Shown: positions 21,699 to 33,211 of the stretch, one piece after another
Numbering within the stretch: position 1 is the first letter of the stretch
Layout of the letters: every line of letters starts with the position of its first letter
Source of the DNA: Lepidodermella squamata
Lineage: Eukaryota > Animalia > Gastrotricha
Reading direction: 5' to 3'
Assembly: GCA_047495785.1 (NCBI GenBank)
Contig: JBLDXI010000042.1
Location: 4,278,001-4,342,000, forward strand
DNA length: 64,000 nucleotides
Made by a program: the position numbers and the translations under genes
The notes under the pieces: generated by a model
The model's database searches: none
Told to the model about the DNA's origin: nothing
Seen by the model: only the letters and a program-made list of their open reading frames with translations

Positions 21699-22895
21699 TC
21701 ATCTTGTCATCAAATAGAAAAAGCATCCATCTACAACGATGAGGGTTATCGTGGAAGTAATCGCTATTACCACGTCAACCAGCCTCAGAAGAGTCAACTC
21801 ATGCGCGACACCCATCGACTTCAATGAAACCTCACGGCGCCAGAAATGCGCTCGAGCCATTTCAACAGCAGCCAAAGAGTAGCATGTGATAACGATGCCA
21901 GTTGCCACGTTGAAAACAACCAGATATACCAGCCAGACAGGTTCCGTTGTTCGCGGTATTGCCGCGAAAACGATGTCTAGCAACATTGTAAATGCCAGGA
22001 CTGTAGTTATTCCAAAAGTAGGCCGATCAGCTAATTTAGGAGGCATTAAGAATTGGCCGATGTGAAGCACCGTGATCCCAACAACAGGGTAAACTATGCT
22101 GGTCATAAAATAGTTGCTCTTGCGCCTGAATTTTATCCCGAATTCCATATTGTAGTTTGGAAATCCCGAGAAGTTTGCTAGGTAAGTTCTCGATCTGAGA
22201 GGAGGAACGAACTCCCAAATTTCCGTAGAATCAATGAATTTTAAAATGTTGTTAATATCAAATTGCTTAACTCGGAATACAACTTTTTTGGTATCTTCCA
22301 CAGAGTAGAAAATGATGTTGCAATCGAGGGTGTCGAACGGGAATTGTTGGTAGGAAAATGATCCGCAAGCTGTATCAATTGTTGTGATCGCAATGTAATA
22401 AGCGGTCCGAGAGCGACTGAACGGATACACAGAAACGCTCTTGATAGCGTTTTCAAATGGCGCCGATTCTTCGTAGCCATTTTGGTGCATCAGATTCGGA
22501 TACCAAGTTTCCTCCTTTTTCATGCTGATTTCAAGTCTTCCCATTGCCGAAACATTGCAAGCTTCGCTGCCGAAGTAGTCCTCGCATGACGCTGAACAAT
22601 TGTATCTCCAGTATACTGAGATTTCGCCGAAAAGGGACAGCTTCTTATTGGTGTCGTCGATTTGTACAAAGCGGTCGAGAAACCACCACACTTCCACTTC
22701 AATCGGATTTTTGAACTTCGTGTCAACTGCCACGTGGCTAGGCAGATCAATTGATGTCGCGTAAGGGCATTTCTCGAGGAAAATGTGCCTAAACTGTGGC
22801 CAATTAATAGTTTGGTTGGATCTGAACTTCTCCGCTGATAATTCATCGCACAAGACCATGGATGAGCACAAAATCATTGAAAGTATGCTTCTCAT
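21699..22895 (-). CDS. Divergent Cys-loop LGIC subunit, subfamily A (A3), intronless, 398 aa
   Basis: ATG at 22895 by alignment with A1; Cys-loop CGSFSYQQFPFDTLDC; four TM helices. Confidence 0.93.
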   Translation of the reverse strand: MRSILSMILCSSMVLCDELSAEKFRSNQTINWPQFRHIFLEKCPYATSIDLPSHVAVDTKFKNPIEVEVWWFLDRFVQIDDTNKKLSLFGEISVYWRYNCSASCEDYFGSEACNVSAMGRLEISMKKEETWYPNLMHQNGYEESAPFENAIKSVSVYPFSRSRTAYYIAITTIDTACGSFSYQQFPFDTLDCNIIFYSVEDTKKVVFRVKQFDINNILKFIDSTEIWEFVPPLRSRTYLANFSGFPNYNMEFGIKFRRKSNYFMTSIVYPVVGITVLHIGQFLMPPKLADRPTFGITTVLAFTMLLDIVFAAIPRTTEPVWLVYLVVFNVATGIVITCYSLAAVEMARAHFWRREVSLKSMGVAHELTLLRLVDVVIAITSTITLIVVDGCFFYLMTR

Positions 22896-23613
22896 TGCGA
22901 GGAATCGGGAATCACTCGCATTCCGCATAGATTTTGAATCCATAATATAATTTAATAAAAGACCAGCAGCATTGCCTTCACGATATCGATTCCGTCCAGG
23001 AAGCTGCTTCAATTTTGTAGTTGGTAAAGTTAATAAACTAACCCCGCTCATGGCACTCAATTGACTGATTTGTCGGAATTCATAATCCCAAAATAAAGTG
23101 TAGACAGACTCCGTTATTGCAGCAAAAGTTGGGCACGACAGAATATGCTTGATTTTTTTAGAATTTTGCCACTCGGTAATAGACCTTTATTCTACCTATT
23201 AAAATTTGTCATCGCCCATGAAATTTGTCCCGTCTCCATTGAACTGATGAGATATCATTGAGTAGTTTATTGTTAAAACAATGATCCGACTGATACTAAG
23301 TAACAGTTTGCCTATTGACACGGGTATTTACATTTAACTAATTCTTTCTGTACAAATAATGATTATTTATAATTTTGCATGAGTCTTTTATCTTTGAAAT
23401 GACGATGTCGCACATGAGTGACTGCGGATTGACTTATTAATTGGACGTTTCAGGAATCAGTATAGAAAGCGTACTTTCGATCTTTGAAAGAGTTCGAGTA
23501 ACGGGAAATTTTATTGAAATGGAATAATGAATAGGTCTTTGAGTGATGGTTAAATTGAAATCGCAAGCAGCCCTCCAAGAAATAAAAAGCAGAATACATA
23601 TCTTCGGAGCCAC

Positions 23614-24789
23614 TCATCTTGTCATCAAATAGAAGAAGGATCCATCGACAATGATGAGGGTTAACGCTGATGTAGTCCCTATGACCACGTCCATCAGCCT
23701 TAGCACAGTCAAATCGCGAGCGATACCAAGCTGTTTCAATGATACCTCGCGACGCCAGAAGTGCATGCGTGCTAATTCAACAGCAGCTAAAGAGTAGCAC
23801 GTAACAACGATACCAGTTGCCATGTTGAATACAACCAGATAAACCAGCCAAACAGGCTCTGTCGTTCGCGGTATTGCCGCGAAAACGATGTCTAACAACA
23901 TCGTAAATGCCAGGACTGTAGTTATTCCAAAAGTAGGCCGATCAGCTAATTTAGGAGGCATTAAGAATTGGCCGATGTGAAGCACCGTGATCCCAACAAC
24001 AGGGTAAACTATGCTGGTCATAAAATAGTTGCTCTTGCGCCTGAATTTTATCCCGAATTCCATTTTGTAGTTTGAGAATACCGAAAAGTTAGCCACGTAG
24101 GTTTTGTTTCTTAATGGAGGCACGAACTCCCAAATTTCAGTAGCCCCGACGAATTTGGACATATTGTTTATCTCAAATTTTTCGATTCGAAAGGAAACTT
24201 TGTTAGGAGCTTCAACGGAGTAGAAAATGATGACGCAATCAAGCGTGTCGAACGGGAATTTTTGGTAGGTGAATGAGTCACAAGCCGTATCAATTGTTGT
24301 TATGGCAATGTAATAAGCGGTCCGGATGCGGCTGAGTGGATACACAATGACGCTCTGGATAGCGGATTCGAAAGGCGCCGATTGTTCGTAGCCATTTTCG
24401 TGCATCAAAGTCGGATACCAGGTTTCTGCTTTATTCATACTGATTTCGAGGGATTTAACCCCCGAAACATTGCAAGCTTCTTTGCCAAAGTAATCTTCGC
24501 ATGTGGTTGAACAGTTGTACCTCCAAAATGCGTTCACTTCTCCGACAAGGGACAACTTCTTATTGGTGTCATCTATTTGTACGAAGCGGTCAAGAATCCA
24601 CCATACGTCGACTTGAATAGGATTCTTGAATTTTGTCTCTAGTGCCATGTGGCTAGGCAGGTCAATTGCTGTCACGTAAGGGCATTTCTCGAGGAATATA
24701 CGTCTAAACTGTGACCAATTAACAGTTTGGTTGAAATCATCGCACTGGACTATGGATGTGCACAAAATCATAGCAAGTATGCTTCTCAT
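23614..24789 (-). CDS. Divergent Cys-loop LGIC subunit, subfamily A (A4), intronless, ~391 aa
   Basis: ATG at 24789 by alignment; Cys-loop CDSFTYQKFPFDTLDC; four TM helices. Confidence 0.93.
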   Translation of the reverse strand: MRSILAMILCTSIVQCDDFNQTVNWSQFRRIFLEKCPYVTAIDLPSHMALETKFKNPIQVDVWWILDRFVQIDDTNKKLSLVGEVNAFWRYNCSTTCEDYFGKEACNVSGVKSLEISMNKAETWYPTLMHENGYEQSAPFESAIQSVIVYPLSRIRTAYYIAITTIDTACDSFTYQKFPFDTLDCVIIFYSVEAPNKVSFRIEKFEINNMSKFVGATEIWEFVPPLRNKTYVANFSVFSNYKMEFGIKFRRKSNYFMTSIVYPVVGITVLHIGQFLMPPKLADRPTFGITTVLAFTMLLDIVFAAIPRTTEPVWLVYLVVFNMATGIVVTCYSLAAVELARMHFWRREVSLKQLGIARDLTVLRLMDVVIGTTSALTLIIVDGSFFYLMTR

Positions 24790-25708
24790 TGCGTTTTCTG
24801 CGTCGAGATTTTGACTCTGAAATATGAACGAATGAAAGAGCTGCAGCATTACCATAGCGATATCGAATTTCCGTCCAGGAAGCAGCTTCAATCTAGCGGT
24901 TGGTAAAATTATTAAACCAGCTTCGGTAAGTGCATGGCACAATTGAGCGATTTGCTGGAATTTATAATTTCATGAAAATATTAAGGTCAATTATCGCTGC
25001 GGACCCGCCAAATATACACCGGGGTTGCTAATTATATTGTCAAATTCGATAGGAGAATGATTCGTTATTGCGCGTGATTAACGGTAACTTCCTATAGTAG
25101 CCGTGGACCGTAGCAAAATGATGGAAAAAGCAAAGAGATGGGTTGACTTTTGCAAGCTTTTGGAATATTATAAAGCTGCAAGAGAGTATTCCATCATATC
25201 GTTTGCTCCCTTTCAGAATATTTTCATCACTGCAGCATCACAGGAGTGAATCGCACTTGGGTTGCCTCGGAAAGTGATTTTACCTCGGACATACGTCATG
25301 CTTAGTGTATCCTTGAAACTATTTTTAGTCGAAGATTGCTTAGCACACGTCGTAAAATAGTCGATGTTGCAAAATACGCCAAGCGCCCTTATATATCGAT
25401 TGAGACCAATCGACACGTGCACGCACATTTGACGCACATGTACCGCGCCACGTTTGTTGATGTACATCGCAAAATCGTTATTAAGCAGCATTATTTTTAT
25501 TGTATATTTGCCTACCTCACACCAACAGCGGCAGCAGAATACGTGCTTACGTCGTATTTGCTTTCTGGGCCTAAACATATTCACCACCGATTTAGCCTGT
25601 TTTTAACCGCGATCATGCCAAAAAATCCCAGATAGCAAATTTACTTGCAGTATATATAAATTCATGCGATATAGGAAATTCATTGTTAATTGTAAACACG
25701 CTGTGTAA

Positions 25709-28700
25709 ATGCCAGTCAGTGATAGCCAATTCAGCGAAGCGGATGAGACGGGCGATGAGGCGTATCCGTTGTTGGCAGCAGCGGGTGGGGACGCGACCGG
25801 AAGACCAATGCGCCCGCTTGTCCAGCGGTCGAGCTCGGTGGCGCCGTACGCATCGCAGGCTGACAAGGGCCGGCGAAAGTCAGTCGCCGTTATCGGCATG
25901 GCGGAGGGCGAGGTTAGTTCCTTGTAATAATAGCAAGTTGATATGCATCTGCGAAAAATTGGCATAAATCTCACTCATGAAGCTTCAAGTCATCCATGCC
26001 GATAATCCGAAGTGACAAGTCAAGACTTATACAATCTTACCAGATCTTATACAAGCAGCGAGCATATTTTCAATTTTTTTTCTGTTCTTGTGTTTTCCTA
26101 TAAATTCTTTCCTATCATGCACATTTACAAGCAGAACGCTAAGGAAGCAAGTGGAGGCAGCAGATCGGTAAATTCTACAAGAGCCAGGAGATTAGTCACC
26201 TAGTTTAGGGGGTCTCACAGTTTTAACGGGTTAACGGGTTAAGAACGGATAGGATGCCATGCGATAAAATGGGCCACTAACTATTAGCTTTTGGTTACAG
26301 GGCTGAAGAAATGAACCTAACCCTAACCCTAGCCATGTACCCTAAACCCTTTCCAGGTTCCAATGGTTTCGACTTCCTTAGAGGACGCGTTGAACACTAC
26401 AAGGTTTCATAAGTTGGAGGTTCAGACAATAGTTTTGCTTTAACTGGTTTCCATTCTTCTCTGGCTAAATTCCGTGTTTTCAATCCAAATAATTTTCTTC
26501 GTCATTTCAATCAGTTCTCTCTACCGGGCGGAACACGTGTGGGCAGTATCGATGTCTCAAACCGGGCCACTAGTCTCACCGGCATCGGTCAAGGCCGCAA
26601 CAGCATTAGCGGCGCTTCAATCCTCAATGGAGCAGATTCTTCCTCAACGAACCTCAACTCATCCTCTCGAAGCAACATGGCCCTTGACGGCCCGCAGCCT
26701 AGGTCCGCGGGCGAGGCGCAACTCTTCGACACATTGCTCAAGGTTCTAGCACACCAAAACCCAATAGTTATGACTTTCGTTTGCTTGTGTCACCCAATAG
26801 TTTTCTTGCATGATGCATGTTCACCTTTTAGTTGCCCTTAAATGTGGTTTTTATAACTGTAATTCATTATGGCGATTTGCTTTGAAGAATAAGCGCCGGC
26901 AGAGCACTGCTAAGATGAACACTGCTGCTACGTTGATGATGGCGACTGGCCCATCGGCCATCGGTGCCGTTGCTGCGGAGGCTCAGCGATCTGCCCAGCA
27001 GGAGCAAACAGTTGCTAGTGCCAAGAAAAGTGTCTGCTTTGCTGATTTCGTGAAAACCAGCGACGGCGTTGAGTACGATTACGACTACGACGATACAACT
27101 GGCGAAGATCAGGAAGACGCCGAAGAGGAAGAGATCGACGAGGAGGAGAAGCGAAAAAGAACCCTCGAAAGAATGGTAAGCGTCATAATTAAAAGAAAAT
27201 CACGATTTTTTATTGAGAGGTGTTGAATCGATGCCACGGCCACAAGGATGCTTTGTTTTTTATTAAAAGTAAACATCGCCTGTTATTTTTTTCCATAATG
27301 ATTTGCACCCGCGATAGTAAGCTGGGTTACGAATTCACAATTTATCGTAGCTGTCGAATTCTTTAAAATTTTGAAATAATGCCGCCGAAATCAGCTCATC
27401 CTCAAAAATCTAAGCAAAATGAGGTAATTCACAGTTTTTCGTCATTGATTTTTCCATCGCAATATTAATAGAGCTCCAAACCACTGCGGGCGATGGTGTC
27501 CCCTTTCAGATAAATCTATAGGGACGCGCCTAATTTTTATATTTTGAGTGCTGAGTGTGTTATTAACTCAATTTTTTTTATATTGTTTTCCATGTATTTT
27601 ACTAAGAAACGGCGCAAAGAGGATGCGACAATGACGCGGCTGAAGCGATATGGCTACGATCCGCTAAATCCGCCGATACCGAAGGTTATATTTCATGTCT
27701 TGTAGTTAGTTATCATCTATTAAAAGTGTTCAGTTTCTATCCTTCAGTACTGCTAGAGAATTCAGTTTTGGTTAAGAGCCTTGTTGAATTTTTCTTATTT
27801 ACCATAATAGTCGTGGGCCGAGTGGAGCATGCAGCGACGCGACTACCAAGCCGCGCTGCAGGAGGTGCTGCAGTTCCAGAAGCAGCCTCAGCTTTCAACA
27901 GCGGCTATGAAGGGTCGAAAGGAGAGCGTTGCTTTCGTCAAAGAAGACCTGGTGGACCTCCATCTCAACAAGAAAAGTATGCCTTTAACTTTCTTTTAAA
28001 GTCATTTTCTTTGAGTCGAATCTTCCCATATATAAAGCAGGGAAATGAGAAACCGTAGCTATTAAAATTATCAGTGTGTTGAAAATATTTGACTCCAAGT
28101 GTATACTTAACTTATGATTACTATACTTTCGTTTCCAGATAGCGACGGGAGCCTTCTGGGCAAAAAGTCCGAAGATGGGAAAGGCGAAGGCAAGAAAGCC
28201 GAGAAGAAAGTCAAAGAGAAAAAAGGCAAAGGAGCCGTCCACCATCGCCATCACCATGCTCAACTTTCCGATTGTAAGTTCCTTTTCTCTACATGTGGAC
28301 AATTTTCAATGAGTACTTTTAGTTGAGATTGAAATACTCAAAGCATACTATTACCATGGATTATTCACTGTCTCGCGCTTTCTGGGTGTTGTTCTCAACA
28401 TCACTGCAATGACTCTCATTATCGTAGCCATTATAATCCCGATTTGGATCAAAATACCTCATAAAGGTTGGCATTGCGAAAAACGTCCTTTGATTTAAAA
28501 TCATGAAACTACTCCTTTTATAGTTGAACCCAAAGGACCTGAATATTTGTATCAGCTGACGATGTTTGAAAACTGTACTAGCTTGCTTTCTGCAGCTGAA
28601 CATTCCTTACTGGCTGATATTAGAGAATTCGCTGAGGACGTTCGGGAGGTTCTCGACCATGGAAGCATGGCTGCTCTTCAGCACTCTGCAAGTGCCAGTA

Positions 28701-29428
28701 TGGATAAAGCTCAAGCGGAAGCGGCCATGCGTAGCCGGCGGCTGCGGCAAGTAACGAATGAGCCTGATACATCCACCAATGTCGATTTAGCTCAAGCGGG
28801 AGTAACATCTGACCCGGAATCTTCCTCGACGTTGACCACTGGTAGCATTTTGGATAACACTGTCTTTGGGAATCATTCCAATGTCGATGGAACTTGCGAG
28901 GGCTATTCGTTTGGAGGTTTGAGCTTTGATGAGATTGAGACCTGAAATTCATTCAGTTTTTAAAGCTTGGCAAACTTTCCTGATTGGGGTTGACGCTTTT
29001 GCCTGGCTGCTAGCTCTGTTCGGTCTCGTGCTTTCAATATGCGGAGCTGTAAGTTCATGGTCAAACCAAACTCAATTATTGTCCAACTACTGTTCCCTTT
29101 TTAGTGCTCAGGATCTGTTCCAAAATGCCTTTATTACTACCATAGTGCGGCGGAAATGATTTTCATGAGCGGTGAGTGTCTTGAGTTCTAACCCATTAGA
29201 TTTTTATTGCCCCTGATTCTAGCTGTGATAACCACTGCTGGTGTGACAGGGTATCCAATGTGTGTCAGGTTCAAAGTTGAGATTTTGCGTTTCTCATTCG
29301 GGCATGGCTTCTACATCGGCATAGCCTCAGCAGCCTGCTATTTAGTTTCAGCCATTCTCCTCAACCTGGACATCTTCATCATGTGCACGGTGCCTGATAA
29401 GGTGGAGCAAAAGCGTCGCAAACGTTAG
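25709..29428 (+). CDS. PMP22/EMP/claudin-superfamily tetraspan protein (TMEM47/PERP-like) with long disordered N-terminus and enlarged first extracellular loop; about 11 exons
   Basis: Frame-consistent exons 25709-25912, 26515-26742, 26888-27175, 27607-27684, 27811-27976, 28139-28273, then TM exons from 28323. Motifs W..QLTMFENC..C, WQ-TM2, YYYHSAAEMIF, FSFGHGFYIGIAS. The 5' exons are less certain than the TM exons. Confidence 0.75.
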
Positions 29429-29883
29429 TTACGAGACCCCACCCGAAACCCGTTCATTTGTCATGACAAATTCATAACTATTTTAACTCAAACATGATAG
29501 ATTTTTGAATGTATCAATCTGTAATTTATCTCGCAGCAAAGCCTATGCAAACTTAATTTTTATTTTCGTTTGATTTTTGAATAAAATATGACTGTTAATT
29601 TGAGCTATTTTTACCCCACTGATTTTGAATTTAAATACTAGATTAGTTCCGGTAAGTTCAATGGACTTATTCCCGAAAAGAAGCAATCTTAATTGTTCTT
29701 TATTTCAGGTCGAGATCCTCTCAGCTGTTGCAAAGCCCAACTCATTTAACGAGGAGATGTGATTCTTAGCAGAAATAAATGCTGTGATATCAACTGAAAG
29801 ATGAAAGTTGAAATAATGATTATTCAGCAATAAATTAAAACATTCTCTGTGGCTATATCAGCTTTATTTCATTTCCGCTATAT

Positions 29884-31071
29884 TCAGCTGAAAAATCCAT
29901 TAAACTTAGCTACAAGAAAAGCGTAAACGTTGATTGTGAGATGCATTGATATGAAAAATAAGAGCGCAAATGTGTCTAAAACCCTTGTCCGATTGATTTT
30001 TAGCTTCATTTTGATCATAGCGAACTGTATCGGCTTTTTGAACCATTTTTTGTAGCTGTTCACCATCCCACTCATCAGCAAAGTGTGTATCGTTATGCCA
30101 CAGCTGTAAAGGCTGAAGAAATCCGAGTAGTTACTTAGGAAGATTCGATGAGGCTTTGGAGGAACGCGGTTTAGAATAGAGCCACTAAGGAAGACCATTG
30201 CTAGAAGGACTGTAACTGAAAAGGTAGACCTATCCGGGAAACTAGCAGGCATTGAGAATGTAAACAGCTGCAACGTCGCGAGAAAAAAGACAGGTATCAT
30301 CAAATTGTAGATGAAAAATTCTGGATTTCTTCTGAATTGCAAGGTGAAGAAAGCTAGGCTCCTTTTACCTAGCACCTCCATGAGCTGGGTTCGATTCGAG
30401 AATTTGACTAGTGACCAAGCATCGCTTTCCGAGATGAAGTCCGGGCCTATCGAACTTTCTGAATTCAACTGAAACACAGCGGCGTGCCAGATTTCTTGTA
30501 AGGCAAAGACAATTTCACAGGTTTGTGTATCGAAAGGAAAGTCGCGCAGTTCAAGTTGACATGACGAAGTAAAAATTCCGATTTTCTGCCAATAAGATCG
30601 AAGTCTAACATAATGGTCGTCTTTCGAGTACATGCTCACATAAATTCTCTCCGTGAATCCGGCTTTCATGTCGAAATGATTGATAGCATTCTTATGATGC
30701 ATATGCGGCTTCCAGATTTCATTTGTTCCAACGTAGAAATTGCGATTGGCCGCAGATACGTAGTAGTCGTGGCACAATGTGTCCCACTGCAGTGATAATG
30801 TCGCTGATACAGTCATTGTCTCTTGAGTATCATCGATTTCGTGAAAGTCTTGAATGTTCAATTTCAGCGTGATTTTAAATGGTGCGCAGTTGGTGTAGTT
30901 GTTCAGAATTGAGTCAGTGCAAGACGGGGTGTAGATCCTAGGACTGAGTTGCCTCGAACAGTTTCGCCGTAGCTCAGCGAAGTCATCGCTTGGGTCACTC
31001 TGTTGAAGTATGACTTCCTTGCAGATTGTAGCCAGCAATAGGAACACTAACTCTTTCCCCAGCAGAGGCAT
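29884..31071 (-). CDS. Divergent Cys-loop LGIC subunit, subfamily B (B1), intronless, 395 aa
   Basis: Signal peptide, WKP loop A, Cys-loop CQLELRDFPFDTQTC, FRRNP pre-M1, four TM helices. Confidence 0.93.
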   Translation of the reverse strand: MPLLGKELVFLLLATICKEVILQQSDPSDDFAELRRNCSRQLSPRIYTPSCTDSILNNYTNCAPFKITLKLNIQDFHEIDDTQETMTVSATLSLQWDTLCHDYYVSAANRNFYVGTNEIWKPHMHHKNAINHFDMKAGFTERIYVSMYSKDDHYVRLRSYWQKIGIFTSSCQLELRDFPFDTQTCEIVFALQEIWHAAVFQLNSESSIGPDFISESDAWSLVKFSNRTQLMEVLGKRSLAFFTLQFRRNPEFFIYNLMIPVFFLATLQLFTFSMPASFPDRSTFSVTVLLAMVFLSGSILNRVPPKPHRIFLSNYSDFFSLYSCGITIHTLLMSGMVNSYKKWFKKPIQFAMIKMKLKINRTRVLDTFALLFFISMHLTINVYAFLVAKFNGFFS

Positions 31072-31653
31072 TTTCGATCACAGCCACTAAGATTAGGCGA
31101 GAAAAGTCAAAGCTTTGAAAAATCAGGAAGTCAAACATTCATTGATCCCGGCGAGGACAATAAGGCGCTGGCCTGTCTCCGTTTTGCCGTATTGTAAGGA
31201 GATATGCTCATGGGATCCAAATATTGTTGTATGAAAAAATAGCCTGGATTAACACAACGCTTTTTTCATAATTGTAAGGCGGCGGTAAACTTCGGTGTTC
31301 TGTTTTTGTAGAAAAAAATAGCTCGAACTTTGAGAGCCGATCAATAGAAATGACGCGACGCATCGATGTACCGGAATGAGCCCTCATATAAGAGTGGTTA
31401 TGTCACAATTTTATTACCATGGGCAAAGAGGCATGGCGCGAAACCCCACTTCAGTTACTCGCTCGAATTGATCGCTGGTCCTTGTCCCAATCTGCCTTTA
31501 AGTTAAGACGGACTGCAAACAGAGTTCTTCGCAAATTATCGGGCTTCGTATCTTTATTTCGGATGGCACGCACATGAGCAGATGAGTAGAACGATTTGCA
31601 TTATATTACAGATGATTTAATTCATTCAAATAGAGATTATCTTAAATATTAAT

Positions 31654-32838
31654 TTAGCTCAGATAACCGTTAAACTTCGCGACAACAATAGCGTAGCAAT
31701 TGATAGCAAGATACATAGAGAAGAAAAAGCTGAGAGCAAACATGTCGCAAACACGAGCCCTGTTGATTTTTCGATGCAATCCATCCTTCAACAGTTTTAC
31801 CGGGTCTTTGAACCATTTTTTGTGGCTATTCATAAAGCCGCCCATCACCAAAGCGTGAATAGTTATGCCACAGCTGTACAGGCTGAATAGGTCTGAGTAA
31901 TTGCTCAGGAAGAGGCGATGCGGTTTTGGCGGGACTCGGTTCAGGATTGAACCGCTCAGAAACACCATGGCCAGAAGGACAGTTATAGAGAAGGCCGAGC
32001 GATCCGTATAGCTGGTAGGCATTGCAAATGTAAAGAGTTGTAGCGTAGCGAGAAAGAATACTGGAATCATCAAGTTATAGATGTAGTACTCAGGATTTCG
32101 CCGGAGCGTTAACGTGAAGAATGCTAAACTTCTTTTTCCTAGAACTTCCATTAACTGAGTGCGGTTGTGAAATGATACCAATTGCCAACTGTCGCTTTCA
32201 GATATGAAATCTGAGCTAACTGAGCTGTCGGAATTCAGCTGAAAAACAGCTGCATACGAAATCTCTTGAAGAGCGAAAACGATCTCGCAAGTTTGCTTAT
32301 CGAACGGGAAGTCTTTGAGCTCAAGCGGGCAGTTTGATGTGAAAATGCCGATTCTTTGCCAGTAAGATCGTAAGTTAACGAAACGGCTTTCTTTTGAGTA
32401 CATACTAAGGTACATCCTCTCGGTAAAGCCTTCCTTCATGTCGAATTTACTCGCCGCATTCTTGTGGTGAGTGTGAGGCCGCCAGATGTCCTCTTCATAG
32501 ACGTAGAAATTTCGGTTCAAATTGGATTTGTAATAATCTCGGCAACTTGTATCCCACTGCAAGGAGAAAGTGGCCGAAACGGTCATAGTTTCTCGCGTGT
32601 CGTCAATTCCATGGAAATCCTGAATATTCAGCTTTATGATGATCTTAAATGTGTTGCAATTTGTATAGTTGTTCAGGATTGAGTCCGGACATGATGGGGT
32701 GTAAATTCTTGGGCTTAGAAGCCTTGAACAGTTTCTCCTCAGTTCAGCGAACTCTTCGCGCGGATCTACGTCTCGAGCATCGACGTTACTCACAAGCAAG
32801 ATGAGCGTCACTACTAGATAAAGCGATGAGTCAGACAT
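31654..32838 (-). CDS. Divergent Cys-loop LGIC subunit, subfamily B (B2), intronless, 394 aa
   Basis: Cys-loop CPLELKDFPFDKQTC; paralog of B1. Confidence 0.93.
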   Translation of the reverse strand: MSDSSLYLVVTLILLVSNVDARDVDPREEFAELRRNCSRLLSPRIYTPSCPDSILNNYTNCNTFKIIIKLNIQDFHGIDDTRETMTVSATFSLQWDTSCRDYYKSNLNRNFYVYEEDIWRPHTHHKNAASKFDMKEGFTERMYLSMYSKESRFVNLRSYWQRIGIFTSNCPLELKDFPFDKQTCEIVFALQEISYAAVFQLNSDSSVSSDFISESDSWQLVSFHNRTQLMEVLGKRSLAFFTLTLRRNPEYYIYNLMIPVFFLATLQLFTFAMPTSYTDRSAFSITVLLAMVFLSGSILNRVPPKPHRLFLSNYSDLFSLYSCGITIHALVMGGFMNSHKKWFKDPVKLLKDGLHRKINRARVCDMFALSFFFSMYLAINCYAIVVAKFNGYLS

Positions 32839-33211
32839 CGTTTCTCGCGAAAATGTCTAAAAATTGCGCCTAATGGTGTTGCAGCAGGCTATCTTGTACT
32901 TCAACTCTCAGGAGATCAGAATAAATCGCACTTGCGTGATTTTCCATAATTGCAAGAGGTTTGAGTTGCGCAGTTCTACTAATGTTTTATTCCCCATGTC
33001 TTATTAGATTTTCTTTTTTGTCATCAAATGAAGACAAATACACTAAAAGCATCTTCTTTAGCTTTTTTCCAGAAAAAACCATCAATGTCAAATGTCATGC
33101 CTGTCATGTATGATCACGGAATACTCATATATGCGATTCATTTTATTGAAAATAAAAGCTCTGTACATTATCAAAGTACATTATCAAAGAGAGACAGCAT
33201 CTCTCAGACTT

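Larger units (their letters stand above)
18856..23085 (+). repeat. Segmental duplication, copy 2
   Basis: Colinear with 635-4840, with differing internal indels. Confidence 0.9.

Noticed and set aside
22896-23060. N-terminal extensions of ORFs 21699-23060, 23614-24942, 17056-18324, 33212-34414 and 14567-15907
   Set aside because: They begin at non-ATG codons, precede the signal peptide and are not kept open in paralogs; treated as UTR/promoter.
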